NCBI GenBank assembly: GCA_036261495.1
Contig: DATAKR010000058.1
Location: forward strand, 1-48,328
From: Acidimicrobiales bacterium
GTDB taxonomy: Bacteria > Actinomycetota > Acidimicrobiia > Acidimicrobiales > CADCTF01
DNA: 48,328 bases
Direction of reading: 5' to 3'
Shown here: positions 25,568 through 35,742 of the stretch, piece after piece
How the letters are laid out: each line of letters starts with the position of its first letter
How positions within the stretch are numbered: the first letter of the stretch is position 1
Notes under the pieces: model-generated
Seen by the model: the letters and a program-made list of their open reading frames with translations, nothing else
Databases searched by the model: none
Told to the model about the DNA's origin: nothing
Made by a program: the position numbers and the translations under genes

Positions 25568-27725
25568 CGGCGGCCCGGCGGGCGGTGCCGAGGCGGCGCC
25601 TCGCCCGATCACGGTCGACGACGTCGCGCACCAGCCGCTGCCCGGCGCGTCGGTGCCGGCCGCGCTCGCGTTCAGCCCCGACGGCCGCTACGTCACCTAC
25701 CTCCACAGCCCCGACCGGGGCCTGACCCGCGAGCTGTTCGCGCACGACGTGGAGACCGGTGAGGTGCGCCGGGTGCTCGAGCCTGTCGCCGGCGGTGACA
25801 CCGAGGCGAACCTCACGCTCGACGAGAAGCTGCGGCGCGAGCGGCGCCGCGAGCTGGGGCTCGGCGTCACCCGGTACGCGTGGGCGGAGACCGCCGGCGT
25901 CCTCCTCATCCCGACATCCGATGGCGTGTTGGTGAAGGACGGCGTCGAGGGCGACCTCCGCCGGGTCGTCGACCACCCGGTCGTCGACCCGATGCTGTCG
26001 CCCGACGGGCGGCTGGTGGCGTACGTCGACGAAGGCGAGGTCCACGTCGTGGCCGCCGACGGGTCGGGTCCTCACCGCCAGCTCACGAGCGGAGCGCGGT
26101 CGACGGGGCGCACGAACGGGCTCGCCGAGTTCATCGCCCAGGAGGAGATCGACCGCCTGCGAGGCTTCTGGTGGTCGCCCGACTCGGCTCGCATCGCCTT
26201 CTGCGAGGTCGACGAGCGCCACATCCCCGTGTACCGCATCGTCCATCAGGGCAGCGACGCCGTCGGCGAGGCGGCCCAGGAGGACCACCGCTATCCGTTC
26301 GCCGGCGGCGACAACGCCCGGGTGCGGCTCGGGATCGTCGAGGTCGACGAGGGGGAGCCCGTGTGGGCCGACCTCGGTGAGTACGAGTATCTGGCCCGGG
26401 TCGACTGGCACCCCGACGGCTACCTCTTGGTGCAGGTCGAGGACCGCCGCCAGCAGGAGCTCCGGGTCCTTCGCGTCGATCCGGTCACCGGCGTCTCGAC
26501 CCCTCTCCTCACCGAGACCAGCGACATCTGGATCAACGTGCACGACCTCCTCCGACCGGTGCGCGCCGGCGGGTTCCTGTGGGGCTCCGAGCGCACCGGG
26601 TACCGGCACCTCGAGGTGCGCGACGACGCCGGCGCGCTCATCCGAACGCTGACGGCCGGGAAGTGGTTCGTGGAATCCGTCGCCGCCCTCGATGACCGCC
26701 ACGTGTGGTTCACGGCGACGAAGGATTCGCCGCTCGAGCGCCACCTGTACGTGGTGCCGCTCGAGGGTGGCCCCGACGACGTGCAGCGGGTCACGCGCGA
26801 GCCCGGTACCCACGCCGTGGTCGTCGACGCCGAGCGCGGACGGTTCGTCGACACCCGCTCGTCGCTCGAGCATCCGCCGGTGGTGCTGCTCCGTCACCTC
26901 CACGGCGGAGTCGTCATCCGGTCCATCTTCGACGAGCCCGACCCCCGCGTCGCCGAGCTCGGCCTCGCGGCACTGGCACCGGAGCTCACCACCATCGATG
27001 TCGACGACGTCACGATCCACGTGGCCCTGTGGGTGCCCGAGGGCGAGGGGCCGTTCCCGACGGTGGTGAGCGTCTACGGCGGGCCGCACGCGCAGCGCGT
27101 CACCGACTCGTGGCTCGTGACCGTACGTCTGCGCGAGCAGCTCCTGCGGCAGATGGGTTACCTCGTCGTCACCGCCGACAACCGCGGGAGCTGGGGCCGC
27201 GGCCTCGAGTTCGAGGGCGCCGTCCGCCACGAGCTCGGCGACCTGGAGGTGCGCGACCAGGCGGCGGTCGTCGGGGCGCTCGTCGCCCGCGGGCTGGCCG
27301 ATCCGGCGCGGGTGGGCATCTTCGGGTGGAGCTACGGCGGGTACATGAGCGCGATGGCGCTCGTGCGGGCACCGGACGTGTTCGCCGTCGCCGTCGCCGG
27401 CGCGCCGGTGACCCACTGGGACGGGTACGACACCCACTACACCGAGCGCTACATGGGCTTGCCCGCCGAGAACGTCGAGGGATACGAGAGATCGAGCGTC
27501 CTCGCGCACGTGGAAGCCCTCCGCGGCCACCTCCTGCTCGTGCACGGCCTCATCGACGAGAACGTGCACTTCCGCCACACGGCGCGGCTCGTGAACGCGC
27601 TCATCCGCGCCCGAAAGCGCTACGAGCTGCTGCTGTTCCCCGACGAGCGCCACCTGCCGCGGCGCGAGGAGGACCGGGTCTACATGGAGGAGCGGATCCT
27701 CACCTACGTGTGCACACATCTGTGA
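25560..27725 (+). CDS. S9-family prolyl oligopeptidase / dipeptidyl aminopeptidase
   Basis: N-terminal beta-propeller region, then the catalytic domain GWSYGGYMS, LLLVHGLIDENVH and ERH. Start uncertain: TTG 25560 or ATG 25509. Confidence 0.85.
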   Translation: MADGGPAGGAEAAPRPITVDDVAHQPLPGASVPAALAFSPDGRYVTYLHSPDRGLTRELFAHDVETGEVRRVLEPVAGGDTEANLTLDEKLRRERRRELGLGVTRYAWAETAGVLLIPTSDGVLVKDGVEGDLRRVVDHPVVDPMLSPDGRLVAYVDEGEVHVVAADGSGPHRQLTSGARSTGRTNGLAEFIAQEEIDRLRGFWWSPDSARIAFCEVDERHIPVYRIVHQGSDAVGEAAQEDHRYPFAGGDNARVRLGIVEVDEGEPVWADLGEYEYLARVDWHPDGYLLVQVEDRRQQELRVLRVDPVTGVSTPLLTETSDIWINVHDLLRPVRAGGFLWGSERTGYRHLEVRDDAGALIRTLTAGKWFVESVAALDDRHVWFTATKDSPLERHLYVVPLEGGPDDVQRVTREPGTHAVVVDAERGRFVDTRSSLEHPPVVLLRHLHGGVVIRSIFDEPDPRVAELGLAALAPELTTIDVDDVTIHVALWVPEGEGPFPTVVSVYGGPHAQRVTDSWLVTVRLREQLLRQMGYLVVTADNRGSWGRGLEFEGAVRHELGDLEVRDQAAVVGALVARGLADPARVGIFGWSYGGYMSAMALVRAPDVFAVAVAGAPVTHWDGYDTHYTERYMGLPAENVEGYERSSVLAHVEALRGHLLLVHGLIDENVHFRHTARLVNALIRARKRYELLLFPDERHLPRREEDRVYMEERILTYVCTHL

Positions 27726-27744
27726 GCGCGGGTAGACCGACCCC

Positions 27745-28416
27745 GTGATCGTCGACTGCGTCGTCCCGGCCCGGAACGAGGCGGAGACCGTGGCGACGGT
27801 CGTCGAGGCATGCCGGGCGTGCTCCTACGTCCGCGAGGTCATCGTCGTCGACGACGGCTCCACTGACGACACGGCGGAGCGGGCGGCCGCCGCGGGCGCC
27901 AAGGTCGTGCGCCGCGAGGACGGCGGCTCGAAGGCCCACGCCATGGAGCAGGGCGTGGCCGCGAGCGACGCCGAGGCGATCCTGTTCGTCGACGCCGACT
28001 GCCTGGGCCTCGAACCGCGCCATCTCGATGCGATCTGCCGGCCGGTGGTCGCGCGCCGGGCGGGGATGTCGCTCGGGACCTTCGACTACGGGTTCTGGAA
28101 CCCGCTCGTCCTCCGGTTCCCGCCGACGACGGGCGAGCGCATCGTGCCGAGGTGGGTGTTCGAGGCCATCCCGCCGCACACGCTCGACGGCTACACCATC
28201 GAGATCATGATCGACGAGGTGGTGGCCGAGGCCCGGCTTCCCACCGTCGCCCGCGTGATGGACGGCGTCACCCACCGCACCAAGCGCGACAAGTTCGGAC
28301 ACTTCGAGGGCTGGAAGCGCACGTGGCGCATGTTCTGGGACCTGTGGGCGCTGTGGAGCGTGTGCCGCAAGCGCCTCTACTGGTTCTACCTGCGAGACCT
28401 CGTCGTCGAGCGCTGA
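27745..28416 (+). CDS. family 2 glycosyltransferase (GpgS-like size)
   Basis: VVPARNEAETV, VVDDGSTDDT, and FVDADC (DxD motif). Confidence 0.75.
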   Translation: MIVDCVVPARNEAETVATVVEACRACSYVREVIVVDDGSTDDTAERAAAAGAKVVRREDGGSKAHAMEQGVAASDAEAILFVDADCLGLEPRHLDAICRPVVARRAGMSLGTFDYGFWNPLVLRFPPTTGERIVPRWVFEAIPPHTLDGYTIEIMIDEVVAEARLPTVARVMDGVTHRTKRDKFGHFEGWKRTWRMFWDLWALWSVCRKRLYWFYLRDLVVER

Positions 28417-28435
28417 CGGGCCCCGCCGGCGGGTT

Positions 28436-29245
28436 CTACGCGACGCGCGTCGCCACCGTGAGCACCTTCTCCCATCGGGCGCGGAACGTCCGGGCCGCGG
28501 TTCGCGCCCGCTGCTCGGCGAGCCACTCGGTCGCGGCCGCCGCCGACACGTGTCCCGTCTCGACCGCCCGCGCCAGGAACGCGTCGGCGGCGATCGGCAG
28601 GGTGTCGACGGAGTAGCCGAACGACGACTCGGTCACGATGTCGTCGACGCGGAACCCGCTCCCCTCGAGCAGACCGGGTACCAGCCTGCCGATGGCAGGA
28701 TGCCGCACGCGCAGCCCGCTCCGGGGCAGATCGCGGCAGCGGGGATCGTCGCTGTCGGTGTCGACGGTGAACGTGTCGAGGTCGGGCTCGAACACCGCGA
28801 CCGTTCCGTCGGGACGGACGACACGGGCGATCTCGTGCACGACGGCGGCGGGATCGTCGACGTGCTCGAGCACCCGCTCCACACGGACCGCGTCGACCGA
28901 CGCGTCGCCCAGCGGAAGCCGCTCACCGTCGGCTCGCACGAGCGCCGGCGGCACGGAGGCCGCCCGCCGGCGCGTGTGGTCGAGCATGACGGCGCTGTGG
29001 TCGACACCGATCGGATGCAGCCCGGCGGCGGCGAGGCGGCTCAGGTCGTGGCCAGCGCCGCAACCGAGGTCGATCACGACACCGCCCGGAACGGCGCGCG
29101 CGATCGCGGCGGCGATGTAGCCCTTGATCGCCGCGAGGCCGGCGTCGGTCTCGTCGAGGTACTCGATCAGCCGGCGTGGATCGCTACGTCCGGTTCGGAT
29201 GCTGGCGTCGACGTCGGAGAAAGCCGATTCGCGGGGAGCGGTCAT
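28436..29245 (-). CDS. class I SAM-dependent methyltransferase
   Basis: VIDLGCGAGHD, LRPDG-type motif VVRPDGTVAVFE. Start MTAPRES at 29245. Confidence 0.8.
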   Translation of the reverse strand: MTAPRESAFSDVDASIRTGRSDPRRLIEYLDETDAGLAAIKGYIAAAIARAVPGGVVIDLGCGAGHDLSRLAAAGLHPIGVDHSAVMLDHTRRRAASVPPALVRADGERLPLGDASVDAVRVERVLEHVDDPAAVVHEIARVVRPDGTVAVFEPDLDTFTVDTDSDDPRCRDLPRSGLRVRHPAIGRLVPGLLEGSGFRVDDIVTESSFGYSVDTLPIAADAFLARAVETGHVSAAAATEWLAEQRARTAARTFRARWEKVLTVATRVA

Positions 29246-29369
29246 GCGAAGCACCTCCTCGAGCGAGGCCCAGGCGGTCGGCCCCGCACGAACGTGGTCC
29301 CCGGTGGTGCTCCACCTCTCGGCCGCCAGTCGCGCGTCTCGTGAGTCTCGCGCGGGGAAGGATGGGGCC

Positions 29370-30056
29370 GTGGACCCCTGCGTGCTGGTCGTTGAGGACG
29401 ACGACTCGCTGCGTGAGGTGGCGGCGATGATCCTCACCGACGAGGGCTACGACGTCGAGACCTGCGCCACGGGCACGGATGCTCTCGCGCGTGTCCACGC
29501 CCGCCCGCCCGACCTGGTCCTCCTCGACGTGATGCTGCCCGACCTCGACGGCCTCGCCGTCTGCCGGGCGCTTCGCGACGAGGGTCTCGATCTTCCGATC
29601 GTGATGCTCACCGCGCGTCGCGCCGTCTCCGATGTGGTGGCGGGCCTCGACACCGGCGCCGACGACTACGTGACCAAGCCGTTCGATGCCACCGAGCTGC
29701 TGGCCCGGGTGCGCGCCGTCCTCCGCCGCCGGGCGCCGCACCTCGAAGACGCCCGCGACGCCATCGAGCTCGACGTCGCGGCCGTGCGCGTCTGGCGCGG
29801 TGGGGTCGAGGTCGCGCTCACTGCGACCGAGTTCCGGCTGCTCCGCGAGCTCGTCTCCGCGAGCGGTATCGCGCTCACGCGCGGCGACCTCGTCCGACGG
29901 GTCTGGGGCACGCAGTGGCTCGGCAACTCCCGCCTCGTCGACATGGCGGTCAAACGCCTGCGCGACAAGCTCGGCACGCCGGGAGACGGCGACGGGCCGA
30001 TCACCACCGTACGCGGCGTCGGCTACCGCTTCGACGGTGCCGCCCACGTGCGCTGA
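29370..30056 (+). CDS. OmpR/PhoB-family response regulator
   Basis: VLVVEDDDSLR, DLVLLDVMLPDLDG, MLTAR, plus the winged helix LTATEFRLLRELV...TVRGVGYRF. GTG start 29370 after GGGGAAGGA. Confidence 0.9.
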   Translation: MDPCVLVVEDDDSLREVAAMILTDEGYDVETCATGTDALARVHARPPDLVLLDVMLPDLDGLAVCRALRDEGLDLPIVMLTARRAVSDVVAGLDTGADDYVTKPFDATELLARVRAVLRRRAPHLEDARDAIELDVAAVRVWRGGVEVALTATEFRLLRELVSASGIALTRGDLVRRVWGTQWLGNSRLVDMAVKRLRDKLGTPGDGDGPITTVRGVGYRFDGAAHVR

Positions 30057-30172
30057 CCGACACCGTCGAAGACGCCCACCCCGCATCGACGTCGCCAGCA
30101 CCGATCCGTGACATTGCCGTTACACGACTGTGGGCATACCGGAAGCAGGTGCTCGAGGAAGAGGAGAAGCGT

Positions 30173-30898
30173 GTGTCGGACGTCGTCGACGCGGCCCCAT
30201 CGGTTGACGGGATGCATCGCGAGTACGCGACGACCCGAGACCCGCGGCTGCGCTCGGCCCTCCTCGAGCACTACCAGTCGTATGCGCGTGCCATCGCGGC
30301 GCGATACGGACACTCCAACGCCGGCCCCGACGACCTCGAGCAGGTGGCGCTCCTCGGTGTGTTGAAGGCGATCGACCGCTTCGACCCCGAGCGGGGCGTG
30401 AGCTTCAGCACGTTCGCCTGGGCGACGACCCACGGCGAGCTCAAGCGCCACCTACGCGACTCCGGTTGGTCGGCGCGCGTGCCGCGGCGCGTCAAGGAGG
30501 TGTTCCTCGTCGTCAACCGCACGGCCGACGACCTCACGCTCGCCCTCGGGCGCTCACCGACGGTCGCCGAGATCGCGCAGACCGCCGGCATCTCCGACGA
30601 GGAGGTCGTCGAGGCCATGGCGGCTCAGGGCGCCTACCGCCCCGACTCCGTCGACCGCCGCGCCGAGGAGTGGGAGCCGAGCGAGCGCGAGCTCGGCTTC
30701 GAAGAGGTCGAGGTGAGGTCGGAGCTGGTGTCGGTCATCCGCCGGCTGCAGCCCCAGCAGCAGGAGCTCCTCCGGTTGCGCTTCGCGGAGGAGCTCAGTC
30801 AGACGGAGATCGCGGCCCGGCTCGGGACGAGCCAGATGCAGGTGTCGCGGATGCTCTCAGCCGTGCTCGGCCGGCTGCGGCGCCAGCTCGCGCCCTGA
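30173..30898 (+). CDS. SigB/SigF-type (group 3) sigma-70 family sigma factor
   Basis: DDLEQVALLGVLKAIDRFDPERGVSFSTFAWATTHGELKRHLRDSGWSARVPRRVKE (regions 2-3) and the region 4 HTH LSQTEIAARLGTSQMQVSRML. GTG start 30173 after GAGGAAGAGGAGAAG. Confidence 0.85.
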   Translation: MSDVVDAAPSVDGMHREYATTRDPRLRSALLEHYQSYARAIAARYGHSNAGPDDLEQVALLGVLKAIDRFDPERGVSFSTFAWATTHGELKRHLRDSGWSARVPRRVKEVFLVVNRTADDLTLALGRSPTVAEIAQTAGISDEEVVEAMAAQGAYRPDSVDRRAEEWEPSERELGFEEVEVRSELVSVIRRLQPQQQELLRLRFAEELSQTEIAARLGTSQMQVSRMLSAVLGRLRRQLAP

Positions 30899-32314
30899 GG
30901 TCGGCTCGATCGCCGGCGGCACGGTGACCCGGAACACGGTGCGGCCCGGCCCCGTGGTGACGAGCTCCACCGACGCACCGATCAGGCGGGCGCTCTCCTG
31001 GGCGATCGCCAGGCCGAGCCCGGTGCCCGGTGCGGCCCGTGCCGGATCCGCCTTGTAGAAGCGCTCGAACACGTGGCCGCGGTGCTCGGCGGGGATCCCC
31101 TCGCCATGGTCGGCGACGTCGATCGTGGCGTAGGAACCACCGCTCCGCTCATCGGGGAGCCCGCAGGCCGTCACCACGACGGGCGGCCGGCCGTGCGCGA
31201 ACGCGTTCTCGACGAGGTTGCCGACGACCCGGGTGAGGCAGGTGACGTCGGAGACGACGACCGCGTCGGCGGCCGCGTCGATGACGAGATCGTCGCGCCC
31301 GAAGGAGGCCGCGACGTCGGCGAGAACATCGCGGAGCGACACGGGCGCAAGTGACACGCTCCTCTCGGCGTCGAGTGCGGCCAGATCGAGGAGCTCCTCG
31401 GCCAGCCGCGCCGTGCGACGGGCGTCGCCGGCGATCAGCTCGATCACGCGGCGGAGCCCGGGCGGCGCCTCGGCGACCCGCTTCTCGGCCAGCGTCGCGG
31501 CCGACACCAGCGCCGACAGCGGCGTCAGGAGGTCGTGGGCCGCGTCGGCGGTGAAGCGCCGCTCCCGATCGTGGGCGGCGGCGATCTCGGTGATCTTGGC
31601 CTGGAGGGCGTCCGCCATGGCGTTGAACTCTCGGGCGAGGAGCGCGAACTCGTCGTCGCCCAGCACCGGGACGCGGGCATCGAGGTCGCCGGAGCGGATG
31701 GCCCGCGCCGTGCGGGCGGCGGTCGCGACGGGGCGCAGGGTGCGCTGGGCCATCACCTGCCCGACGAGCAGGGCGACCGCCACCGACAGCAGCCACCCCG
31801 CGGCGAGGATGGCCCGCAGCTCGTACAGGCCGTCGTCGAGCGTTCGCATCGAGAAGTAGAAGACCAGCGTCACCGCGTCAGGGCTCGCGACCGCGACCAC
31901 GTAGCGCCGGACGCCGGCGATCGTCATCGTCGTCGCGCGGGTGCCGCCCGGCGGCGTCGATCGGAGCGTTGCCGGCACCGTCCGCTCCGACAGGCGCGGC
32001 GTCGACGACATCGACCCGTCGGGCGTGAGCGCGACGACTTCGGCATCGACCCCGTCGTACGAAGCGACCAGGCGATCGAGCGGCGCGGTGCCGGTGAGCC
32101 CCGACAGGAAGGCGGCAGTGGCGCGCGCCTGCTGCTCGGACTCATCGCGGAACGCTCGCTGTCGATAGGCGGAGACCGCGCCCACGGTGGCGATCGCCAG
32201 CAGCCCGCTGGTGAGGGCGGCCACGCCGACGAATGCAAGCGTGATCCGCCGCCGGAACGGGTGGCGGGCCGACGTCCGTCGTGGTTCGCGCGCGGAGCGC
32301 GGCCGTAGGGCCAC
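30857..32314 (-). CDS. sensor histidine kinase (TM-sensor-TM-HAMP-HisKA-HATPase)
   Basis: HAMP-like RSGDLDARVPVLGDDEFALLAREFNAM, H-box FTADAAHDLLTPLS, N/G boxes NLVENAFAHG and DHGEGIP...GTGLGLAI. The 3' end overlaps the sigma gene by 42 nt. Confidence 0.9.
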   Translation of the reverse strand: MALRPRSAREPRRTSARHPFRRRITLAFVGVAALTSGLLAIATVGAVSAYRQRAFRDESEQQARATAAFLSGLTGTAPLDRLVASYDGVDAEVVALTPDGSMSSTPRLSERTVPATLRSTPPGGTRATTMTIAGVRRYVVAVASPDAVTLVFYFSMRTLDDGLYELRAILAAGWLLSVAVALLVGQVMAQRTLRPVATAARTARAIRSGDLDARVPVLGDDEFALLAREFNAMADALQAKITEIAAAHDRERRFTADAAHDLLTPLSALVSAATLAEKRVAEAPPGLRRVIELIAGDARRTARLAEELLDLAALDAERSVSLAPVSLRDVLADVAASFGRDDLVIDAAADAVVVSDVTCLTRVVGNLVENAFAHGRPPVVVTACGLPDERSGGSYATIDVADHGEGIPAEHRGHVFERFYKADPARAAPGTGLGLAIAQESARLIGASVELVTTGPGRTVFRVTVPPAIEPTSGRELAPQPAEHG

Positions 32315-32340
32315 GTCGAGGTCCTACCCCGTGGCGCCGG

Positions 32341-33981
32341 CTACGCCGTCGGCCCTGTGCCCTCGAGCCGCAACGCCTCGACACCCATCTCCCGCAGCTT
32401 GTACTTCTGGATCTTGCCGGTGACCGTCATCGGCATGGCATCGGTGAAGAGCACGTAGCGCGGCACCTTGAAGTGCGCGATGCGGCCGCGGCAGAACTCC
32501 TTCACCTCCTCCTCGGTCAGCATCCGACCGTCGCGCACCTGCACCCACGCGAGGATCTCCTCGCCGTAGCGCGGGTCGGGCACGCCGACGACCTGCACAT
32601 CGGCGATGTCCTCGTGCCCATACAGGAACTCCTCGATCTCCCGGGGGTACACGTTCTCGCCGCCGCGGATGATCATGTCCTTCGAGCGCCCGACGATGTT
32701 GACGTAGCCGTCGGCGTCCATCGTCGCCAGGTCTCCCGTGTGCATCCAGCCGACGGCATCGATCGCCTCGCGGGTGCGCTCCTCGTCGTTCCAGTACCCG
32801 ACCATCACCGAGTAGCCCCTCGTGCACAGCTCGCCGGCAACGCCCCGCGGCACCGTGCGACCGGTGGCCGGGTCGATCACCTTGACCTCGACATGGGGGT
32901 GCACCCGACCGACGGTGGAGACCCGGTGCTCGAGGGAGTCGGTGACCTCGGTCTGGGTCGACACCGGCGACGTCTCGGTCATGCCGTAACAGATGGTCAC
33001 CTCGTCCATGTGCATGCGCGTGACCGTCTGCTTCATCACCTCGACCGGGCACGGCGACCCCGCCATGATCCCCGTGCGCAGCGACGTGAGGTCGAAGCGC
33101 TCGAACTCCGGATGCTCCAGCTCGGCGATGAACATCGTGGGGACGCCGTACAGGGAGGTGCAGCTCTCGGCCTCCACCGTCTCGAGGGTCGCCAGCGGGT
33201 CGAACGCCGGCGCAGGGATGACCATGGCCGCACCGTGCGTCGTGCAGGCGAGGTTGCCCAGCACCATCCCGAAGCAGTGGTAGAAGGGCACGGGGATGCA
33301 GACCCGGTCGCGCTCGGTGTAGCCGCACCGTTCACCGATGAAGAACCCGTTGTTGAGGATGTTGTGGTGCGACAGCGTCGCGCCCTTCGGGAACCCGGTG
33401 GTGCCGCTCGTGTACTGGATGTTGATCGGGTCGTCGAAGTCGAGGTCGGCCTCGCGCGCTCGCACGGCGGAAGCGCCCGCGGCGCGGCCGGCGGCGACCA
33501 CCGCGTCCCACTCACCCTCGCCGAGGTAGATCACCGTGCCGAGGTCGGTCAGCGAAGGCCGCACCTCCTCCACCATCGAGCGGTAGTCGGACGTCTTGAA
33601 CGTCGTCGCCGACACCAGCACCGAGCACGACGACTGGCGGAGCACGTACTCGAGCTCCGACGTCCGGTACGCAGGGTTGATGTTGACGAGGATCACGCCG
33701 AGCCGCGCCGTCGCGTACTGGAGCAGCACCCATTCCGCGCAGTTCGGGCTCCAGATGCCGAGCCGGTCACCCTTCTCGAGCCCCAGGGAGAGGAGACCGG
33801 CAGCGATCTCGTCGACCGCGCGGTCGAGCTCCGCATAGGTGTAGCGCACCCCCTGATGCCGCGACACCAGCGCCTCGTCATCAGGGTGGGCGCCGACCGT
33901 CCGGGCGAGGTTCGCGCCGATCGTCTCGCCGAGCAGCGGGATCGACGACGCACCATGGGCGTACGACAGCACCTCAGCCAT
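32341..33981 (-). CDS. AMP-dependent acyl-CoA synthetase/ligase (FadD-like)
   Basis: [24 protein letters not shown]-like [39 protein letters not shown]. Start [10 protein letters not shown] at 33981. Confidence 0.9.
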   Translation of the reverse strand: MAEVLSYAHGASSIPLLGETIGANLARTVGAHPDDEALVSRHQGVRYTYAELDRAVDEIAAGLLSLGLEKGDRLGIWSPNCAEWVLLQYATARLGVILVNINPAYRTSELEYVLRQSSCSVLVSATTFKTSDYRSMVEEVRPSLTDLGTVIYLGEGEWDAVVAAGRAAGASAVRAREADLDFDDPINIQYTSGTTGFPKGATLSHHNILNNGFFIGERCGYTERDRVCIPVPFYHCFGMVLGNLACTTHGAAMVIPAPAFDPLATLETVEAESCTSLYGVPTMFIAELEHPEFERFDLTSLRTGIMAGSPCPVEVMKQTVTRMHMDEVTICYGMTETSPVSTQTEVTDSLEHRVSTVGRVHPHVEVKVIDPATGRTVPRGVAGELCTRGYSVMVGYWNDEERTREAIDAVGWMHTGDLATMDADGYVNIVGRSKDMIIRGGENVYPREIEEFLYGHEDIADVQVVGVPDPRYGEEILAWVQVRDGRMLTEEEVKEFCRGRIAHFKVPRYVLFTDAMPMTVTGKIQKYKLREMGVEALRLEGTGPTA

Positions 33982-34034
33982 GTGCGGACCTCCTCGTCGC
34001 GGGCCATTTGCCAGCCGCGCCCATCCTGCCGCGA

Positions 34035-34100
34035 TGTCAATGGCCTCGCTCTGCGGTGCGGCGGCCTTGTCCATGGCCTCGCTCTGCGGTGCGGCGGCCT
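34035..34100. repeat. 33-bp tandem duplication (TGTCAATGGCCTCGCTCTGCGGTGCGGCGGCCT x2, 1 mismatch)
   Basis: Aligned base by base in the 194-bp spacer between the NuoF-like stop and the FadD start. Confidence 0.9.
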
Positions 34101-34156
34101 GGCGGCCGCGTGGGCTTGCCGCTCGGCTGGCGGCCGCGTGGGCTTGCCGCTCGGCG
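34101..34156. repeat. 28-bp tandem duplication (GGCGGCCGCGTGGGCTTGCCGCTCGGC[T/G] x2)
   Basis: Aligned base by base. It directly abuts the 33-bp duplication. Confidence 0.9.
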
Positions 34157-34175
34157 GGCGGCTGCTCGCGGGCGC

Positions 34176-35654
34176 CTAGGAGGCGCGCCAGACCTGGCCG
34201 TCCTCGGCGCGGTGCTCGGCGAACCGCTCCGAGGGGAACTTGCCGGAGTCGGACGGGTCATAGGTCCAGTCGGGTTGCTTGGCCAGGTGGCGCTCGTCGA
34301 GCGTGGCGACGCCCTCGTCGTCGATGTCGACGAGCTCCGCCACGAGCGCCGGGTCGCTCTGGATCTCGTGCTCGACGTGGGCTTCGACGGCCTCCGGGAA
34401 GCGGTCGAACAGGCTCGCGACGACCGTCTGCTGCTGGGTCGCGAGATAGCACCGCGCCTCCGTGGTCACCGACACGATCCGCTCCTGCAGCTCCTCGACG
34501 TCGTTCGCGCTGGCCTCGCCGCGTGACAGCGAGTCGAGGAGCTGGGCCATCACGAGGCCGTCGGACTTGCAGGGCATGCACTGCCCGCACGACTCGACCG
34601 CAAGGAAGCGCGACGCGCCCGCGACCACCGCCACGGGATCGGTGCGCGAGTCGAGGACGATGAAGCCCGCGGAACCGAGCCCACTTCCCGCCGCGGTCAT
34701 GTCCTCGTAGGTGAGGGGCGTGTCGAGGCGCTCTGCGGACAGCAGCGCGTTCGACACACCGGGCAGCACCGCGGCGATGTCGTCGGTGCGCCCACCGCCG
34801 AGCGCGACGAGCACCTCGCGAAGCGGTGTGCCCATGGCGAACTCGCCCACACCCGCCGTGGGCACGGCGCCGGTCACCGTGCACACGATCGTGCCGGGTG
34901 ATGTGTCGGTGCCGACCTCTCGGAACCACGCCGCGCCCCGCCACACGATCGCCGGGATGTTGGCCATCGTCTCGACGTTGTCGACGAGCGCCGGCGGCGC
35001 GTCCGAACGACCGCCGGGCTCCGCCATCTCGACCCGGTTGGCCAGCTTGCTGTCGGGCGTCGCCGTGGCGTCCTCGACGACCTCGACGTACCCGCGGCGA
35101 TAGGGAGGTTGGATCCGCGGCAGCGGGGCCCGCCCGTCGAGCACCTCGAGCAGGCCCGTCTCCTCGCCGTACAGGTACTCGCCCGGGCCCTCGGCCACGG
35201 TGACCGCGACGTCGCCGACGAGCCCCGCCGCCGTCATCTCGTCGATCGCGGCCCGCAGCCGAGCGACCTCCCGGCCGAAGCGCTCCTTGGTGGCGATGAT
35301 CACCTGACCGGCGCCAACCACGTGGGCGGCGACGAGTGCACCCTCGATCACGGCATAGGGGTTGCGCCGCAGGATGGTGCGGTCCTTGAACGTGCCGGGC
35401 TCGCCCTCGGCCGCGTTCACGACCACCGTCGTGCGGAGCGTCGGGCTGGCGTTCGTCAGCACCGTCTGCCACTTGACGCCCGTCGGGAAGCCGGCACCTC
35501 CCCGGCCCCGCAGGCCCGACGCCGTGAGCTCCGCGACCACCGCCGACGGGTCGACCGCCCGGGCGGCCTCGAGCCCCTTGATCCCGCCGACCGCTCGGTA
35601 GTCGTCGAGCGACGCGAGCGGTCGGTCGGGGAGCACGCGGGAAACGAGCGTCAT
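34176..35654 (-). CDS. orphan NuoF-like (complex I 51-kDa family) FMN/NAD(H)/[4Fe-4S] flavoprotein with C-terminal extension
   Basis: Starts MTLVSRVL (ATG 35654 inside ORF 34176..36128). [41 protein letters not shown], and a later Cys at TTEARCYLA. Confidence 0.8.
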   Translation of the reverse strand: MTLVSRVLPDRPLASLDDYRAVGGIKGLEAARAVDPSAVVAELTASGLRGRGGAGFPTGVKWQTVLTNASPTLRTTVVVNAAEGEPGTFKDRTILRRNPYAVIEGALVAAHVVGAGQVIIATKERFGREVARLRAAIDEMTAAGLVGDVAVTVAEGPGEYLYGEETGLLEVLDGRAPLPRIQPPYRRGYVEVVEDATATPDSKLANRVEMAEPGGRSDAPPALVDNVETMANIPAIVWRGAAWFREVGTDTSPGTIVCTVTGAVPTAGVGEFAMGTPLREVLVALGGGRTDDIAAVLPGVSNALLSAERLDTPLTYEDMTAAGSGLGSAGFIVLDSRTDPVAVVAGASRFLAVESCGQCMPCKSDGLVMAQLLDSLSRGEASANDVEELQERIVSVTTEARCYLATQQQTVVASLFDRFPEAVEAHVEHEIQSDPALVAELVDIDDEGVATLDERHLAKQPDWTYDPSDSGKFPSERFAEHRAEDGQVWRAS

Positions 35655-35742
35655 GGTCGGAGTCCTTCCCGGTCGGACCCCGGCCGATGCACGACGGTCA
35701 CCGGGTTTCCTGCGCGGAGGCCGGTGCGCGTACCTTCCCCCC

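Noticed and set aside
30119-30137. SigB/SigF-type promoter (GTT...GGGCAT) upstream of the sigma-factor gene, which would suggest autoregulation.
   Set aside because: GGGCAT resembles the GGGTAT -10 box. However, the nearest GTT -35-like element is only about 9 nt away, which is the wrong spacing.
33982-34074. Longer start ([18 protein letters not shown]...) for the acyl-CoA synthetase.
   Set aside because: That ATG lies inside the second copy of the 33-bp tandem repeat and is created by its single mismatch. The canonical N-terminus starts at [10 protein letters not shown] (33981).
34035-34156. Possible CRISPR array or coding repeat.
   Set aside because: The units are directly abutting duplications with no unique spacers. 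There are only two copies of each unit and no cas genes. This is not CRISPR.
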